Shown here: piece by piece, positions 19,979 through 30,308 of the stretch
Numbering within the stretch: position 1 is the stretch's first letter
How the letters are laid out: every line of letters starts with the position of its first letter
DNA from: Tagaea sp.
Lineage (GTDB): Bacteria; Pseudomonadota; Alphaproteobacteria; CACIAM-22H2
Direction: 5' to 3'
DNA length: 64,000 nucleotides
NCBI GenBank assembly: GCA_965228135.1
Contig: OZ245798.1
Span: 2,891,037-2,955,036 of the forward strand
Made by a program: the position numbers and the translations under genes
The notes under the pieces: model-generated
Database searches by the model: none
The model's input: only the letters and a program-made list of their open reading frames with translations
Told to the model about the DNA's origin: nothing

Positions 19979-21550
19979 ATGTTGAAGCGAATTCTGGCCG
20001 GTGCGGCCATGGCCGCCTTGGCGATTCTGCCGGCGGCCGCGCAAGAACAACCCAAGCGCGGCGGCACCTTTATTTTTGCGGTCGGCGGCGAGCCCGACAC
20101 GACCGATTGCCATGCCGCGACGAATTTCGCGGTGATCCATCATCTCGCACCGCATTATTCGACGCTGGTGAAGTTCGACGCCAAGAACTACCCCAAGATC
20201 ATCGGCGACACGGCGCGCGATTGGACGATCTCGCCCGACGGCAAGACCTACACGTTCCGTCTGGTCCAGCCGATCAAGTTCCATGACGGCTCGGCGCTGA
20301 CCTCGGCCGATGTGAAGGCGAGCTTCGATCGCATCAAGACGCCGCCGCAAGGCGGGCGTTCGGCGCGCCGCGACCATTTCCAGGACGTGGCCTCGGTGGA
20401 AGCGCCCACGCCCGATACGGTCGTGTTCAAGCTGAACAATCCGAACCCGGCCTTCATGACGTATCTGGCGGCGCCCTTTAACTGCATCTACTCGGCCGCC
20501 AAGCTCGCGCAAGATCCGCGCTATCCCGAAAAGGAAGTGATGGGCTCAGGCCCGTTCCGCTTCGGCGAACGCGTTCCCGGCTCGCATTGGACGGGTACCC
20601 GCTTCGACGGGTATTTCCGCCAGGGCCAGCCTTATCTCGACGGCTTCCGCGCCGTCGTGATGTCGGGGGCCGCGATGCTCAACGCCGTGCAAGGCGGCCA
20701 GGTGATGGCCGAGTTCCGCGGCATCAGCCCGGCCGAGAAAGCGCGCGTCGCCAGCCCGAAGGTCACGTTCCAGGAAGCGAATTGGCTGTCGGGCTTGATC
20801 TTGTCGTTCAACGTCGAACAAAAACCGTTCGACGACGTGCGCGTGCGCCGCGCGCTGTCGATGGCGCTGGACCGCTTCGGCGCCGAAGCGGCGTTGTCGC
20901 GCGTGAGCCAAGTCAAAGCGACGGGCACCTTACTGCGCCCGGGCTACGACTACGCGCCGGCGCGCGGCGATCTGTCCAAGTACCCGGGCATGACGCCGAC
21001 CGCCGACATGGCCAAAGCGCGCGCGGAAGCCAAGCGCCTACTGCAGGAAGCGGGCGTGCCGAATCTCAAATTCGAGATCATCTCGATGTCGCTGCCGCCC
21101 TTCCCCACCGTGGCGGTGTGGCTGATCGATCAATGGCGCCAGATCGGCGTCACGGTCGAACAGCGCCAGGCCGAACGCGCGACCTACTTCGCCGCGCGCA
21201 CGTCGGGCGCCTTCCAGGTAATGCTGGATTTCACGACCGAGTTCGCGGACGAACCGAACTTCCAGCTGCGCCGGTTTATCTCGTTCGATCGCGTGCCCGG
21301 CTTCAACGTGTCGCGTCATACCGACCGGCGCCTGGACGAAATCTTCGACCAGCAGGAGCGCGAAACCGACGTTGCCAAGCGCAAGGCGCTGGTCCGCGAT
21401 TTCGAGATCCATCTGCTCGATATGGGCTACACGGTGCCGCTGTTCTGGTTCACGCGCATTGTGCCCCTCGCCTCCAACGTGCGCGGCTGGGACATCACGC
21501 CGTCGCATCTGTTGGGACAGGATCTGGCGGGCGTGTGGCTCGCCAACTGA
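19979..21550 (+). CDS. ABC transporter substrate-binding protein, family 5 (peptide/nickel/opine type)
   Basis: Signal peptide and SBP_bac_5 features. No cognate permease/ATPase genes adjacent (orphan SBP). Confidence 0.85.
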   Translation: MLKRILAGAAMAALAILPAAAQEQPKRGGTFIFAVGGEPDTTDCHAATNFAVIHHLAPHYSTLVKFDAKNYPKIIGDTARDWTISPDGKTYTFRLVQPIKFHDGSALTSADVKASFDRIKTPPQGGRSARRDHFQDVASVEAPTPDTVVFKLNNPNPAFMTYLAAPFNCIYSAAKLAQDPRYPEKEVMGSGPFRFGERVPGSHWTGTRFDGYFRQGQPYLDGFRAVVMSGAAMLNAVQGGQVMAEFRGISPAEKARVASPKVTFQEANWLSGLILSFNVEQKPFDDVRVRRALSMALDRFGAEAALSRVSQVKATGTLLRPGYDYAPARGDLSKYPGMTPTADMAKARAEAKRLLQEAGVPNLKFEIISMSLPPFPTVAVWLIDQWRQIGVTVEQRQAERATYFAARTSGAFQVMLDFTTEFADEPNFQLRRFISFDRVPGFNVSRHTDRRLDEIFDQQERETDVAKRKALVRDFEIHLLDMGYTVPLFWFTRIVPLASNVRGWDITPSHLLGQDLAGVWLAN

Positions 21551-21576
21551 ACGCTTAAAACGTTCGACGACGGGAA

Positions 21577-21606
21577 ACGCCGGGGCGCAAGCCCCGGCGT
21601 TTTTCG
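21577..21606 (+). terminator. Rho-independent terminator (ACGCCGGGGC-GCAA-GCCCCGGCGT + TTTT)
   Basis: Perfect 10-bp GC stem, tetraloop and T-run read directly, 25 nt after the SBP stop. Confidence 0.6.
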
Positions 21607-21608
21607 TT

Positions 21609-22445
21609 TCAGCGCCAGCCGTTTTCGTGCAGGAACGCGGCGACCGCGCTGTTGAACGCCTCTGCGATTTCGAAATAGGCCGAATGCCCGGCCTTGCCGA
21701 ACAGCACGTCGCGCGCATTCGGAATTTTGCGCGCCAAGGCGGGGGCGAGGAACGACGGGAACACCACGTCATCCTCGCCCATCGCGAGCAGCACGGGGCA
21801 TGCGATCCCCGCCGCATCGGCGGGATCGCGCCAGCGTTTCAGCTTCGCGCGCAACGCTTCCTTGTCGAGCCCGCCCGTACCCGCCAGCGTATCGATCGAT
21901 TTATAGAGATGATGCAAGGCGGGCTCGGCCTCGGCATAACGCCGCCCGGTTGCCGGATGGATCGCGGCTTCGCGCAAGCCCTCGCGCGCCGCGGTGGCCT
22001 TCGCCGACCAGGCGTCGAACGCGGCGGGATCGAGGCGGCGCACATCCAGCGTGCCCGACGTCGCGGCCAGCACCAAGGCGGCGACGCGCGCCGGCCGCGT
22101 CAGCGCCATTTCGACGGCGGCCCAGCCGCCCATCGATTGCGCGACCAAAGCGGTCTTCGCGATGCCCAGATGGTCGAGCAGCGCTTCCACATCGCCCGCG
22201 AAATCGGCGGGATCGGGCAGCAGCGTCGCGGCGGTCGAGGGCGCAAAGCCGCGCGCGGCCAAGGTCACGACCTTGTGCCGCCGGGCGAATTCGGGGACCT
22301 GCTGCCACCACGACAAATGATTGCCGCCCAGCCCGTGCAGGAACACGATCGGCGGGCCGTCGCCCGCGACTTCGTAATAGACGCGCGCACCGGGACGCTC
22401 GACATACCCGGCGGTGATTTTCGGGGCCCAATCCGAATCGCTCAT
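21609..22445 (-). CDS. Alpha/beta-fold hydrolase
   Basis: HGLGGN oxyanion region and GQSMGG nucleophile elbow (GxSxG). Confidence 0.75.
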   Translation of the reverse strand: MSDSDWAPKITAGYVERPGARVYYEVAGDGPPIVFLHGLGGNHLSWWQQVPEFARRHKVVTLAARGFAPSTAATLLPDPADFAGDVEALLDHLGIAKTALVAQSMGGWAAVEMALTRPARVAALVLAATSGTLDVRRLDPAAFDAWSAKATAAREGLREAAIHPATGRRYAEAEPALHHLYKSIDTLAGTGGLDKEALRAKLKRWRDPADAAGIACPVLLAMGEDDVVFPSFLAPALARKIPNARDVLFGKAGHSAYFEIAEAFNSAVAAFLHENGWR

Positions 22446-22582
22446 CGGCGCAGTCTGCCACTATTCGATATTAAAAGCAGGGTCGCGAAACCGAAAACAG
22501 GGCGACAAAACGGCCCGGACCGTGCAAGGCTTTGCGCGGTTACGTTGCCGCCGCGTCCGTTCCCCCTGCCGGAGTTGCGCCG

Positions 22583-23308
22583 ATGTCGTCGAAGCGTTTC
22601 ACCCGCCGCCACGCCCTCGCCACGGGCCTCGCCGCCGCGACGATCTGGCCGTCGCATCGCGCGACCGCGTCCGGCCCGGTCGATCTGCAACTCGTGCTCG
22701 CCGCCGATATCTCCCGCTCGATCGATCCCGAGGAATTCGCCCTTCAACGCCAAGGCTACGCCGCGGCGATCGCCGATCCGCGCGTCGTGAAGGTGATGAC
22801 CGGCGGGCGTTTTGGCGCCGTCGCCGCGACCTATTACGAATGGTCGGGGGTGCGCTCGCAGCAGACGATCGTCGAATGGAAGCGCATCGATTCCGCCGCC
22901 GCCGCCGAGGATTTCGCGGCCCCGCTGCTGACGGCACCGCGCCCCTTCGGCGCGCAAACCGCGTTGGGCGAAGCGATCCAATTCTCGCTGGGCGAATTCA
23001 AGCGCTGCCCCTTCCCCGCCGAGCGGCGCACGCTGGACGTGTCGGGCGACGGCACCAACACCTCGGGCATGATGCCCGATATCGCGCGCGACGCGGTGGT
23101 GGCGACCGGCGTGACGATCAACGCGCTGGTCATCCTGTCGACCGAGCCGATGCCGTGGAACCCCTATCACACGCATCCGCCGGGCGGGCTCGACGAATAT
23201 TTCCGCGCCAATGTGATCGGCGGCCAGGGCGCGTTCATGATGGCGGTCCAAGGTTTCGAAACCTTCGGCTTCGCGATGGTCAATAAATTGAGCCGTGAAA
23301 CGGCCTGA
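22583..23308 (+). CDS. DUF1194 (vWA-like) domain protein, Tat-secreted
   Basis: RRHALATGLAAA Tat motif and DUF1194-like sequence. GGAG RBS 8 nt before the ATG. Confidence 0.6.
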   Translation: MSSKRFTRRHALATGLAAATIWPSHRATASGPVDLQLVLAADISRSIDPEEFALQRQGYAAAIADPRVVKVMTGGRFGAVAATYYEWSGVRSQQTIVEWKRIDSAAAAEDFAAPLLTAPRPFGAQTALGEAIQFSLGEFKRCPFPAERRTLDVSGDGTNTSGMMPDIARDAVVATGVTINALVILSTEPMPWNPYHTHPPGGLDEYFRANVIGGQGAFMMAVQGFETFGFAMVNKLSRETA

Positions 23309-23332
23309 GAAAAGACGAGAGGAAGCCTCCCG

Positions 23333-24409
23333 ATGAAGAATATCTCCCGCCGCGCGGCGCTATCCGTGGCCGGTGCCGCGCTCGCTGCACCCGCACTCGC
23401 CCAGCACCCGCATCACGGCCAGATGTTCGAGCGGATGAACCAGCCCGGCCGGATCGATCTGCCGCCGTTGGCGTTGGAACACGCGGTCTATGACAGCCCG
23501 GCGCCGAAAGCCGCCCAGCAAGGCAAGTGGGCGGCGAAACCGCCGCTGCCGTTGCCGCGCACCGAAATGGCCTGGGCCGCCGCGTTGGACGGCAAGCTGC
23601 ATTTGGTCGGCGGCTATGCCGAGCAGCGCTTCGACATGCCCTATCACCACGTGTTCGACCCCGCGAAAAACGCGTGGAGCGAGGCCGCCAAGCTGCCGCG
23701 CGGCGCCAACCATGTCGGCGTCACCACGCATGGCGGCAAGCTTTATGCGTTCGGCGGCTTCATCGAACAGAACCGCTACCCGCACGAAGATGTATTCGTG
23801 TGGACGCCGGGCGACGATCGCTGGGTGAAATTGCGCCCGCTGCCGACCGCGTCGGGCGCCATCGGCGCCGTGACCGTCGGCGACAATATCCATCTGGTCG
23901 GCGGTGCGGTCGGCAACACGCAAGACGACCGCAAATCGGTCGATTGGCATTTGGTCTACGACATCAAGGAAGATCGCTATCGCGAGGCGGCACGCTTCCC
24001 CACCGCGCGCGATCATGTCGGCATCGTGCTCAACAACGGCTTGATCCATCTGGTCGGCGGGCGCGTCGATACGTTCCACACCAATTCCAACCTGCACCAC
24101 ACCTACGATCCCAAGGAGGATCGCTGGCGTTTCCGCAACCCGATCCCCACCGCGCGGTCGGGCCATGGCACGGTCGTCTATCGCGGCAAGATGTTCTGCA
24201 TGGGCGGCGAAGGCACGAACAAAGTGTTCGGCCAGAACGAAGCCTATGATTTCCAGGCGGACAAATGGGAGCAATACGCGCCGATGCTGACCCCGCGCCA
24301 CGGCGTGGGCACGGCGTTGCTGGGCGATGCGATCCATATGGCCGGCGGCGGGCCGCAAATGGGCGGCGGCGTCAAATCCGCCGTCCATGAGGCGTTCACC
24401 TTAGGCTAA
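23333..24409 (+). CDS. Kelch-repeat beta-propeller protein, Tat-secreted
   Basis: SRRAALSVAGAALAAPALA Tat signal and repeated GGxxxxxxxxxxxxxYDPxxDxW Kelch blades. Confidence 0.7.
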   Translation: MKNISRRAALSVAGAALAAPALAQHPHHGQMFERMNQPGRIDLPPLALEHAVYDSPAPKAAQQGKWAAKPPLPLPRTEMAWAAALDGKLHLVGGYAEQRFDMPYHHVFDPAKNAWSEAAKLPRGANHVGVTTHGGKLYAFGGFIEQNRYPHEDVFVWTPGDDRWVKLRPLPTASGAIGAVTVGDNIHLVGGAVGNTQDDRKSVDWHLVYDIKEDRYREAARFPTARDHVGIVLNNGLIHLVGGRVDTFHTNSNLHHTYDPKEDRWRFRNPIPTARSGHGTVVYRGKMFCMGGEGTNKVFGQNEAYDFQADKWEQYAPMLTPRHGVGTALLGDAIHMAGGGPQMGGGVKSAVHEAFTLG

Positions 24410-25234
24410 CAACGAAGCGATTCGGTTCGTGATGACGCCGTCGGGGGCGGCCACTTCATCGACGATGGTGAAGTGGTCGCGGCCCGCGATCACGTCGAGC
24501 GTGACCGGCGCGCCGGCTTTTTCGCGCGCGGCGGCATAGTCGCGCGATTGGCGGATCAGCTCCGGCAATTCGTTGCCGCCGACCGCCAAGGCGATGGGTT
24601 TGAGCGAGGCGCCCGGATCGGTCATCGGCGACAAGGCGGCGGCCTCGGCTTCGCTGAGGCCTAGCTTGTCGTTGATGTAGTTGTGGCGCAGCGGCTCCAA
24701 TTCGAAAATGCCGCTGATCGCTAGCGCCGACGTCACTTTCGGATGATCGAGCGCGCTGACGGCGAGATGCCCGCCCGCCGACCAGCCGGCGGCACAGATG
24801 CGCGTGCGATCCGATCCCGCCTTCGCGAGCAAACCGTCGAAGGTATCGACCGATTGGCGGATCTGGCCGACGATATCGCGCAACGTCGCCTCGGGCGCCA
24901 ACACATAGCCCGCGAAGCCCACATCGATCCCGCGCGCCAGTGGACCTTGCGCCAACGCGGCGAAAGTCGCGCGGGTATGGACGGGGATCTGCCAATAGCC
25001 GCCATGGATCAACAGCAAGCCGGGCGCGCCCTTTTTGCCGCAGGGATAGAAATCGACCGCTTGGCGTTCATGCGGGCCGTAGGCGACGTCGAGCACCGCG
25101 CCGCGATGCCCGTCGCGAAACGCCGCACTGCGCGCGCGCCATTCCGCCAGCAATTCCTGCGAATTGGGGACGGCGGCGCCGTTGTTGTAAGCGGCGTCGA
25201 GTGCGGCACGGGTCATTTCACGCCAAGTTTCCAT
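24401..25234 (-). CDS. Alpha/beta hydrolase (arylformamidase/esterase-like)
   Basis: HGGYW oxyanion motif and GWSAGG nucleophile. True start at 25234 (METWREM). Upstream part of the track ORF is an artifact. Confidence 0.65.
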   Translation of the reverse strand: METWREMTRAALDAAYNNGAAVPNSQELLAEWRARSAAFRDGHRGAVLDVAYGPHERQAVDFYPCGKKGAPGLLLIHGGYWQIPVHTRATFAALAQGPLARGIDVGFAGYVLAPEATLRDIVGQIRQSVDTFDGLLAKAGSDRTRICAAGWSAGGHLAVSALDHPKVTSALAISGIFELEPLRHNYINDKLGLSEAEAAALSPMTDPGASLKPIALAVGGNELPELIRQSRDYAAAREKAGAPVTLDVIAGRDHFTIVDEVAAPDGVITNRIASLLA

Positions 25235-25245
25235 GGCGTCGGAGT

Positions 25246-26283
25246 TTACTGGGGCGCCTTCAATTCCGCCACCGGGGGCAAATACGTGTCGATATAGAGG
25301 TCGCTCGCCGGCGGCACGATCGAGTATTCCGCCGCTTCCGCGAGGAAGGCGTTCAGCTTCTCCAGCCGTTCCTTCGTCACCACGCTGAAGCCGTTGGCGC
25401 GCACATAAGGCGTGAGGATCGACGTATCGATCATGAATTTGTAGCGCGCGGTTTCGATGTCGGCATTGATCGTCGCATCGCGCCGCGCGACCGAGCGGAT
25501 CGCCTCGGGGATGTCGGTCAACGAATCGCGCATCCCGGCCAATGTCGCGCGGATGAATTTGCGGATCGTTTCGGGATTGCGCCGCGCGTAATCCTGCGTG
25601 ACCAGCAAACCGTTGCCCATCAATTCGAACCCGTGATCGTTCAACGGAAACAGAACGATGTCCTCCGGCTTCACGTTCAGCGACAGAAGATTGAAATAGG
25701 TCGTCGCAGCGAAGGCCGTGACCGCATCCGCCCCGCCGCGCGCCAGCAGCGAATCGCGCAGATTGGGCTGCACGGTCAGCCATTCGATCTTCGACGATTC
25801 GATGTTCTGCAGCCGCGACAGCACGCCCCAGAGCGGGCGGATGAAATCGCCCGGCGGATGGGCGATCTTTTTGCCGGCGAGGTCGGACATCGTCTTGATG
25901 CCGGTCGATTTGAGCGTGACCAGCGCGTGCTGGCCCTTGTCCATATAGAGGAACACGGTCGTCACCTTCGACGCGGGATTGGTGACGTTCCAGCGAACCA
26001 GCATATTGGGATCGCCTAAACCGATGTCATAGGACCCGGCCGCGAGCTTGGCCATCGCATCGCCCGAGCCGAAGCCGCGATCGATCTGGACGTTCAGTCC
26101 TTCGCGCGCGAAATAGCCGCGATCGGCGGCGATGAACCACGGGCTTTGATGGGGCTGCGGCGCCCAGTCGAGCGTGAGGCGCACATTGATCGGCGCTTGC
26201 TGCGCGGCCGCCGGCAATAAGGTGCCGAGAATCGCGGCGGCGGCGCACAAAGTTCGAGCAAGAAGACGCTGCAAATTCGGCAT
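25246..26283 (-). CDS. ABC-type substrate-binding protein, NMT1/THI5-like (nitrate/sulfonate/bicarbonate family)
   Basis: Signal peptide and NMT1-like composition. Start at 26283 (MPNLQRLL). Confidence 0.7.
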   Translation of the reverse strand: MPNLQRLLARTLCAAAAILGTLLPAAAQQAPINVRLTLDWAPQPHQSPWFIAADRGYFAREGLNVQIDRGFGSGDAMAKLAAGSYDIGLGDPNMLVRWNVTNPASKVTTVFLYMDKGQHALVTLKSTGIKTMSDLAGKKIAHPPGDFIRPLWGVLSRLQNIESSKIEWLTVQPNLRDSLLARGGADAVTAFAATTYFNLLSLNVKPEDIVLFPLNDHGFELMGNGLLVTQDYARRNPETIRKFIRATLAGMRDSLTDIPEAIRSVARRDATINADIETARYKFMIDTSILTPYVRANGFSVVTKERLEKLNAFLAEAAEYSIVPPASDLYIDTYLPPVAELKAPQ

Positions 26284-26394
26284 CGATACCTCCATTGCGC
26301 GGCGGAACCGCCGGGACGGCGATACAACGCAGAATGTATGCCAGCTTCGCGCGGCATAAGCGTTGCTTCTCTCCTTCCGTTCAGGGAGGGCGCG

Positions 26395-27735
26395 ATGACC
26401 CAGCACAAAGACCTACGGATTCCAAACACCGGCGCTTACGTTCTGCGCCGCGCGCGCGTGCCCGCCGTGTTCTTCGACTTCACGATGCCGGGGCTGGCGC
26501 AGGATTCCGAAGGCTGCGCGCTGATCGATCTTACGGTCACCGACGGCAAAATCGCCGCCATCGCGACCGCCGGAACGACCGCGCCCGGCCCCGGCGATAT
26601 CGACCTTGAAGGCCGATTGGTCTGGCCGACGCTGATCGACATCCACACCCATCTGGACAAGGGCCAGGTGATTCCGCGCGCCATACCCGACGGCACGCTG
26701 GACGGCGGCGCCATCGGCACGTTCGAGGACCGCAAGCGCTGGACGCATGCGGATATGCGCGCGCGCATGTCGTTCGGGTTGCGCTGCGCCTATGCGCATG
26801 GCGTGGGGGCGATCCGCACCCATCTCGACAGCCAAGAGGAAAACGCGCCGACGAGCTGGGACGTGTTCCGGGAATTGCGCGACGAATGGGCGGGGCGCGT
26901 CGATCTTCAGGCCGTGGGCCTCGTGCCCCTCACCTTTTTCCGCAAGCCGTGGGGCCGCGACCTTGCGAAGACGGTCGCGGAATCGAAAGGCGTGTTGGGC
27001 GGCACGACCGACGCGATCGGCCATTACGACGGGGCGCGCAACGAGGAACTCGTGGCGCTGCTCGATCTGTTCTTCGAAATCGCGGGCGCGCAGGGGCTCG
27101 ACGTCGACATGCATGTCGATCAATCGGACGATCCCGCCGCCTTCTCGCTGCCGTTGATCGCCGAAGCGGTGCTGCGCACCGGCTTCAAGGGCAAGGTGCT
27201 GGCCGGGCATTGCGTCAACCTCGCCTTGCAGGACGAAGCGACGATCCAGCGCACGGCCGAACTCTGCGCCAAAGCGGGCATCGCCGTTTCGACCATGCCC
27301 ACGCCGATGGTCTATTTGCAGGATCGCAAACCGGGCCGCACGCCGCGCTGGCGCGGCGTTACGGCGGTGGGGGAGTTGCTCGCGGCGGGCGTGCCGATCG
27401 CGATCGGCGGCGACAATTGCCGCGACGCGTGGTTCCCCTATGGCGATCACGACATGATCGACACGTTCCAGCAATCGGTGCGCGTGCTGCAACTCGACCA
27501 TCCGCTGACCCCGGCCATCGCCGGCATAGGGCCGGTGTCCGCCAAGATCGCGGGCTTCGCCGGGACCGGGCGCATCGTCGCGGGCGCCCAGGCGGATTTG
27601 ATTCTGTTCGCCGCGCGCACGCTGAACGAATTCATGTGCCGGCCGCAAAGCGACCGCATCGTGGTGAACGCGGGGGCGCGCGTGACCGATCCCCTGCCCG
27701 ATTATGCGGAGCTCGACGCGACGCTCGCGCTCTGA
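26395..27735 (+). CDS. Amidohydrolase, cytosine deaminase-like
   Basis: Metal-binding HTHLD near the N-terminus, conserved HxD and aspartate motifs. CodA-like length. Confidence 0.8.
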   Translation: MTQHKDLRIPNTGAYVLRRARVPAVFFDFTMPGLAQDSEGCALIDLTVTDGKIAAIATAGTTAPGPGDIDLEGRLVWPTLIDIHTHLDKGQVIPRAIPDGTLDGGAIGTFEDRKRWTHADMRARMSFGLRCAYAHGVGAIRTHLDSQEENAPTSWDVFRELRDEWAGRVDLQAVGLVPLTFFRKPWGRDLAKTVAESKGVLGGTTDAIGHYDGARNEELVALLDLFFEIAGAQGLDVDMHVDQSDDPAAFSLPLIAEAVLRTGFKGKVLAGHCVNLALQDEATIQRTAELCAKAGIAVSTMPTPMVYLQDRKPGRTPRWRGVTAVGELLAAGVPIAIGGDNCRDAWFPYGDHDMIDTFQQSVRVLQLDHPLTPAIAGIGPVSAKIAGFAGTGRIVAGAQADLILFAARTLNEFMCRPQSDRIVVNAGARVTDPLPDYAELDATLAL

Positions 27736-28572
27736 CTATTCGGCCTTTATCGGCAGATCGAGATCGAGACGCTCGGCCAGCGCTTCGAAATCGGGCGCGT
27801 GGCCGGTCGCGGCGGCGAATTGGCGCTTTTCTTCCGCGTCGAGGCCGAGCCCCGTTTTGACCCAGGCGCGCAGAATCGCCAGCGCCTCGCTTTCGGTCGC
27901 GAGATCGACCGTTTGCGTGTGATGCGTGTGGACATAGGCGCTGCCCGACAGCGCCACATCGCCCGCGCGCGTGTTCAGCACCATCACCATGCGCGACAGC
28001 CGCGATTCGAATTGGCGGAAGGCGGCGGGCAGCGTCACCAGAATGCGCCACCAGATCGCGCGCATATCGGGATGCGCATAGAACTGCTTCCAGGTGGCGT
28101 CCGGATTGTCGATCAGCATCTGCTTCCAGGTCGCCTGGGCGGCCATCGACAACGCGAATTCCTGTTCCTTGCCGATCAGCATGCGCACGAAAGCGCGGAT
28201 GCCGTGCACGAGTTCGCGGCTGATCGAGCCGTCTTCGAACAACGGCGCGATCGGTTTGCACACCAACCGGCCGAACGCATCGCGGCGCAATTTGCGCAAC
28301 AGCGCCTGGCGGCGCTGTGTCTCGAACGCGTTGGCGGCGAGCCCCGCGATTTTGGTGAGATTCCCGCCGGTGACGATATCGCGCGCTTCGCGGCGCAAGC
28401 CCAACGTATCTTGCCCGTCATGCTTGGCGATCACGCGCTCGACGAACGACAGCAAAATTTCCGCACCGAAACCTTCGAGCTTGCGCCGTTCGCCTTCGGG
28501 ATCGGCGGCATCCGAGGGTGTCGGTTCGGGCGGGGGCTGGGTCATGGCGATGGCGACTCCGAATCGCAGCAT
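27736..28572 (-). CDS. Conserved hypothetical protein (no recognisable domain)
   Basis: Host-like GC and codon usage. Divergent from the next gene across a 106-bp intergenic region. Confidence 0.5.
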   Translation of the reverse strand: MLRFGVAIAMTQPPPEPTPSDAADPEGERRKLEGFGAEILLSFVERVIAKHDGQDTLGLRREARDIVTGGNLTKIAGLAANAFETQRRQALLRKLRRDAFGRLVCKPIAPLFEDGSISRELVHGIRAFVRMLIGKEQEFALSMAAQATWKQMLIDNPDATWKQFYAHPDMRAIWWRILVTLPAAFRQFESRLSRMVMVLNTRAGDVALSGSAYVHTHHTQTVDLATESEALAILRAWVKTGLGLDAEEKRQFAAATGHAPDFEALAERLDLDLPIKAE

Positions 28573-28678
28573 GATCGCATGAATTTCTCAACGGACCCTA
28601 AATTGTCCAATGTTGCGACGCAAAATATCGTGAACAAGTCTGGGAATAGCGAAGGGTTAACGCTAGTTTAGCGCCACG

Positions 28679-29707
28679 ATGAGCCAAGACACTTCCGGCC
28701 CCCAGGAAGACGTTGTTCCGGCCGGCGCGGCGGAGACGGCCGCCCCGCCGGGAGAAATCGCCGCGCCCAAGGAAGGCGGCAAATCCACCCACTTCATTTT
28801 CGACCATAAGATTTTCGCGCTGCCGAATTGCAAATTCGTGCGCGAGCCGGACAAGCTCGAGCAAGGGCTGTCGATCGAGTTGGGCGATCACCGCGCCTTC
28901 CTGTCGATCACGATCCTGCAGAAGATGTTCCCGGACTTGTCCGAGGACGACAAGCGGCTGATCGCGTTGGCCGCGCGCAGCCTTGCTTATGTCAGCGAGA
29001 TCGTGCCGGGCGATTCGATCCCCAACGAAATTCTGGACGGCACCGCGTCTTGGAAGGTCGATCCGATCCACAAGGATCGCGCGCGCGGGCGCATCGTCGC
29101 GGCGTTGCTGGCGCAGGACGGCGGCGATCTGGACCAGGCGCTGGTGCAAGGCGGCTTGAGCCCGCGCTTGGGCGAACCCGGCTTCAAGGAAAAACTCGAT
29201 TCCGAACACGCGCGTCTGCTCGCGGCGATCGGCGTGCCGCCCGACCAAAACGAGCAGTACAAGGCGAAGTTCGAGCGCGTGTCGCGCGAATTCGCCTATA
29301 TCGAAGGTTTGCGCGACCGCTATGCGCAGGTCAGCTCGATCGTCGAGAAGCTGGCCAAAGCCGCGAAGGCCTATCGCAAGGCCGGCGCCTTGGGCGAGGA
29401 GATCTACCGGGTGCGCATTTTGATCCGCAAGCCGGTCGAGGAATATCGCGGTCTGTTCTACAACGTCGACGGCCAAGCGGCGGAGATCAAAGCCGTCGCG
29501 CGCAAAACCGATCAGATCGTCGATTTCATCCGCCAGACGCGCGACCAGCTGCATGTGCGTTTGCTGCTATGGGACCCGATCGTCACCGCGTGGAAAAACG
29601 AACACGCCGACGGCCGCAGCCGTTCGCTCGAGCTTCTGTTGAAAAGCACCTATCGCTTCGTCGCCCATTATTTCCCGGCCGACGAGGAATGGTCGCTGAG
29701 CCGCTGA
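28679..29707 (+). CDS. Conserved hypothetical protein (no recognisable domain)
   Basis: 342 aa with host-like composition, divergent partner of 27736..28572. 3' end converges on and overlaps the next gene by 40 bp. Confidence 0.5.
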   Translation: MSQDTSGPQEDVVPAGAAETAAPPGEIAAPKEGGKSTHFIFDHKIFALPNCKFVREPDKLEQGLSIELGDHRAFLSITILQKMFPDLSEDDKRLIALAARSLAYVSEIVPGDSIPNEILDGTASWKVDPIHKDRARGRIVAALLAQDGGDLDQALVQGGLSPRLGEPGFKEKLDSEHARLLAAIGVPPDQNEQYKAKFERVSREFAYIEGLRDRYAQVSSIVEKLAKAAKAYRKAGALGEEIYRVRILIRKPVEEYRGLFYNVDGQAAEIKAVARKTDQIVDFIRQTRDQLHVRLLLWDPIVTAWKNEHADGRSRSLELLLKSTYRFVAHYFPADEEWSLSR

Positions 29708-30282
29708 ATCGCGTCGTCCTGCCGACGGAACAGCAGCGTCGCGACGATTGCCCCCAATAGCGCCATCGCCATATCCGATTGGGTGTCCCATTCGTCGCCT
29801 TGGGTGCCGAGGAATTCGTGCGCGCCCTGTCCCAAGGCGAGTGCGGCCGCCCATTCGATCAGCTCATACGCCGCACTGATCGCCAGACAGATCGAGACGG
29901 CCAAGAACACGACGAGCTTGGGCTGCACGATCTTGAACACGCGGATCAGCAATTCGCGCGCGATCAAGGCCGGCACGAAGCCTTGCGCGAAATGGCCGAT
30001 CTTGTCGTAAGGATTGCGGCCGAGCGCGAAGAAATCCTGCAGCCAGAAGCCCAGCGGCACGCGCGCATAGGTATAGGCGCCGCCGAGCATCAAGATCAGC
30101 CCGTGCAGGGCGATCAGCGCCAGCGTCAACTCGGTGAAGCGGAACCGATCGCGCACGGCGAACAGGATCGGCCACGCGACGATCGCGGGCAGCACCTCCA
30201 TCACCCAGGTCGCGCGGTCGTAAGGTGCGATGCCGCTCGCCACCAGCCCCGCCGCCCATAGCGCCGTCAGAATCCAGAACAT
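29668..30282 (-). CDS. Small polytopic inner-membrane protein (DUF2238/YjdF-like)
   Basis: 204 aa with five hydrophobic helices and NPYDKIGHFAQGF motif. The 625-aa track ORF is an in-frame upstream artifact. Confidence 0.55.
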   Translation of the reverse strand: MFWILTALWAAGLVASGIAPYDRATWVMEVLPAIVAWPILFAVRDRFRFTELTLALIALHGLILMLGGAYTYARVPLGFWLQDFFALGRNPYDKIGHFAQGFVPALIARELLIRVFKIVQPKLVVFLAVSICLAISAAYELIEWAAALALGQGAHEFLGTQGDEWDTQSDMAMALLGAIVATLLFRRQDDAIQRLSDHSSSAGK

Positions 30283-30308
30283 GTTCCAGTGTAGGACGTC
30301 GGCGCCGC

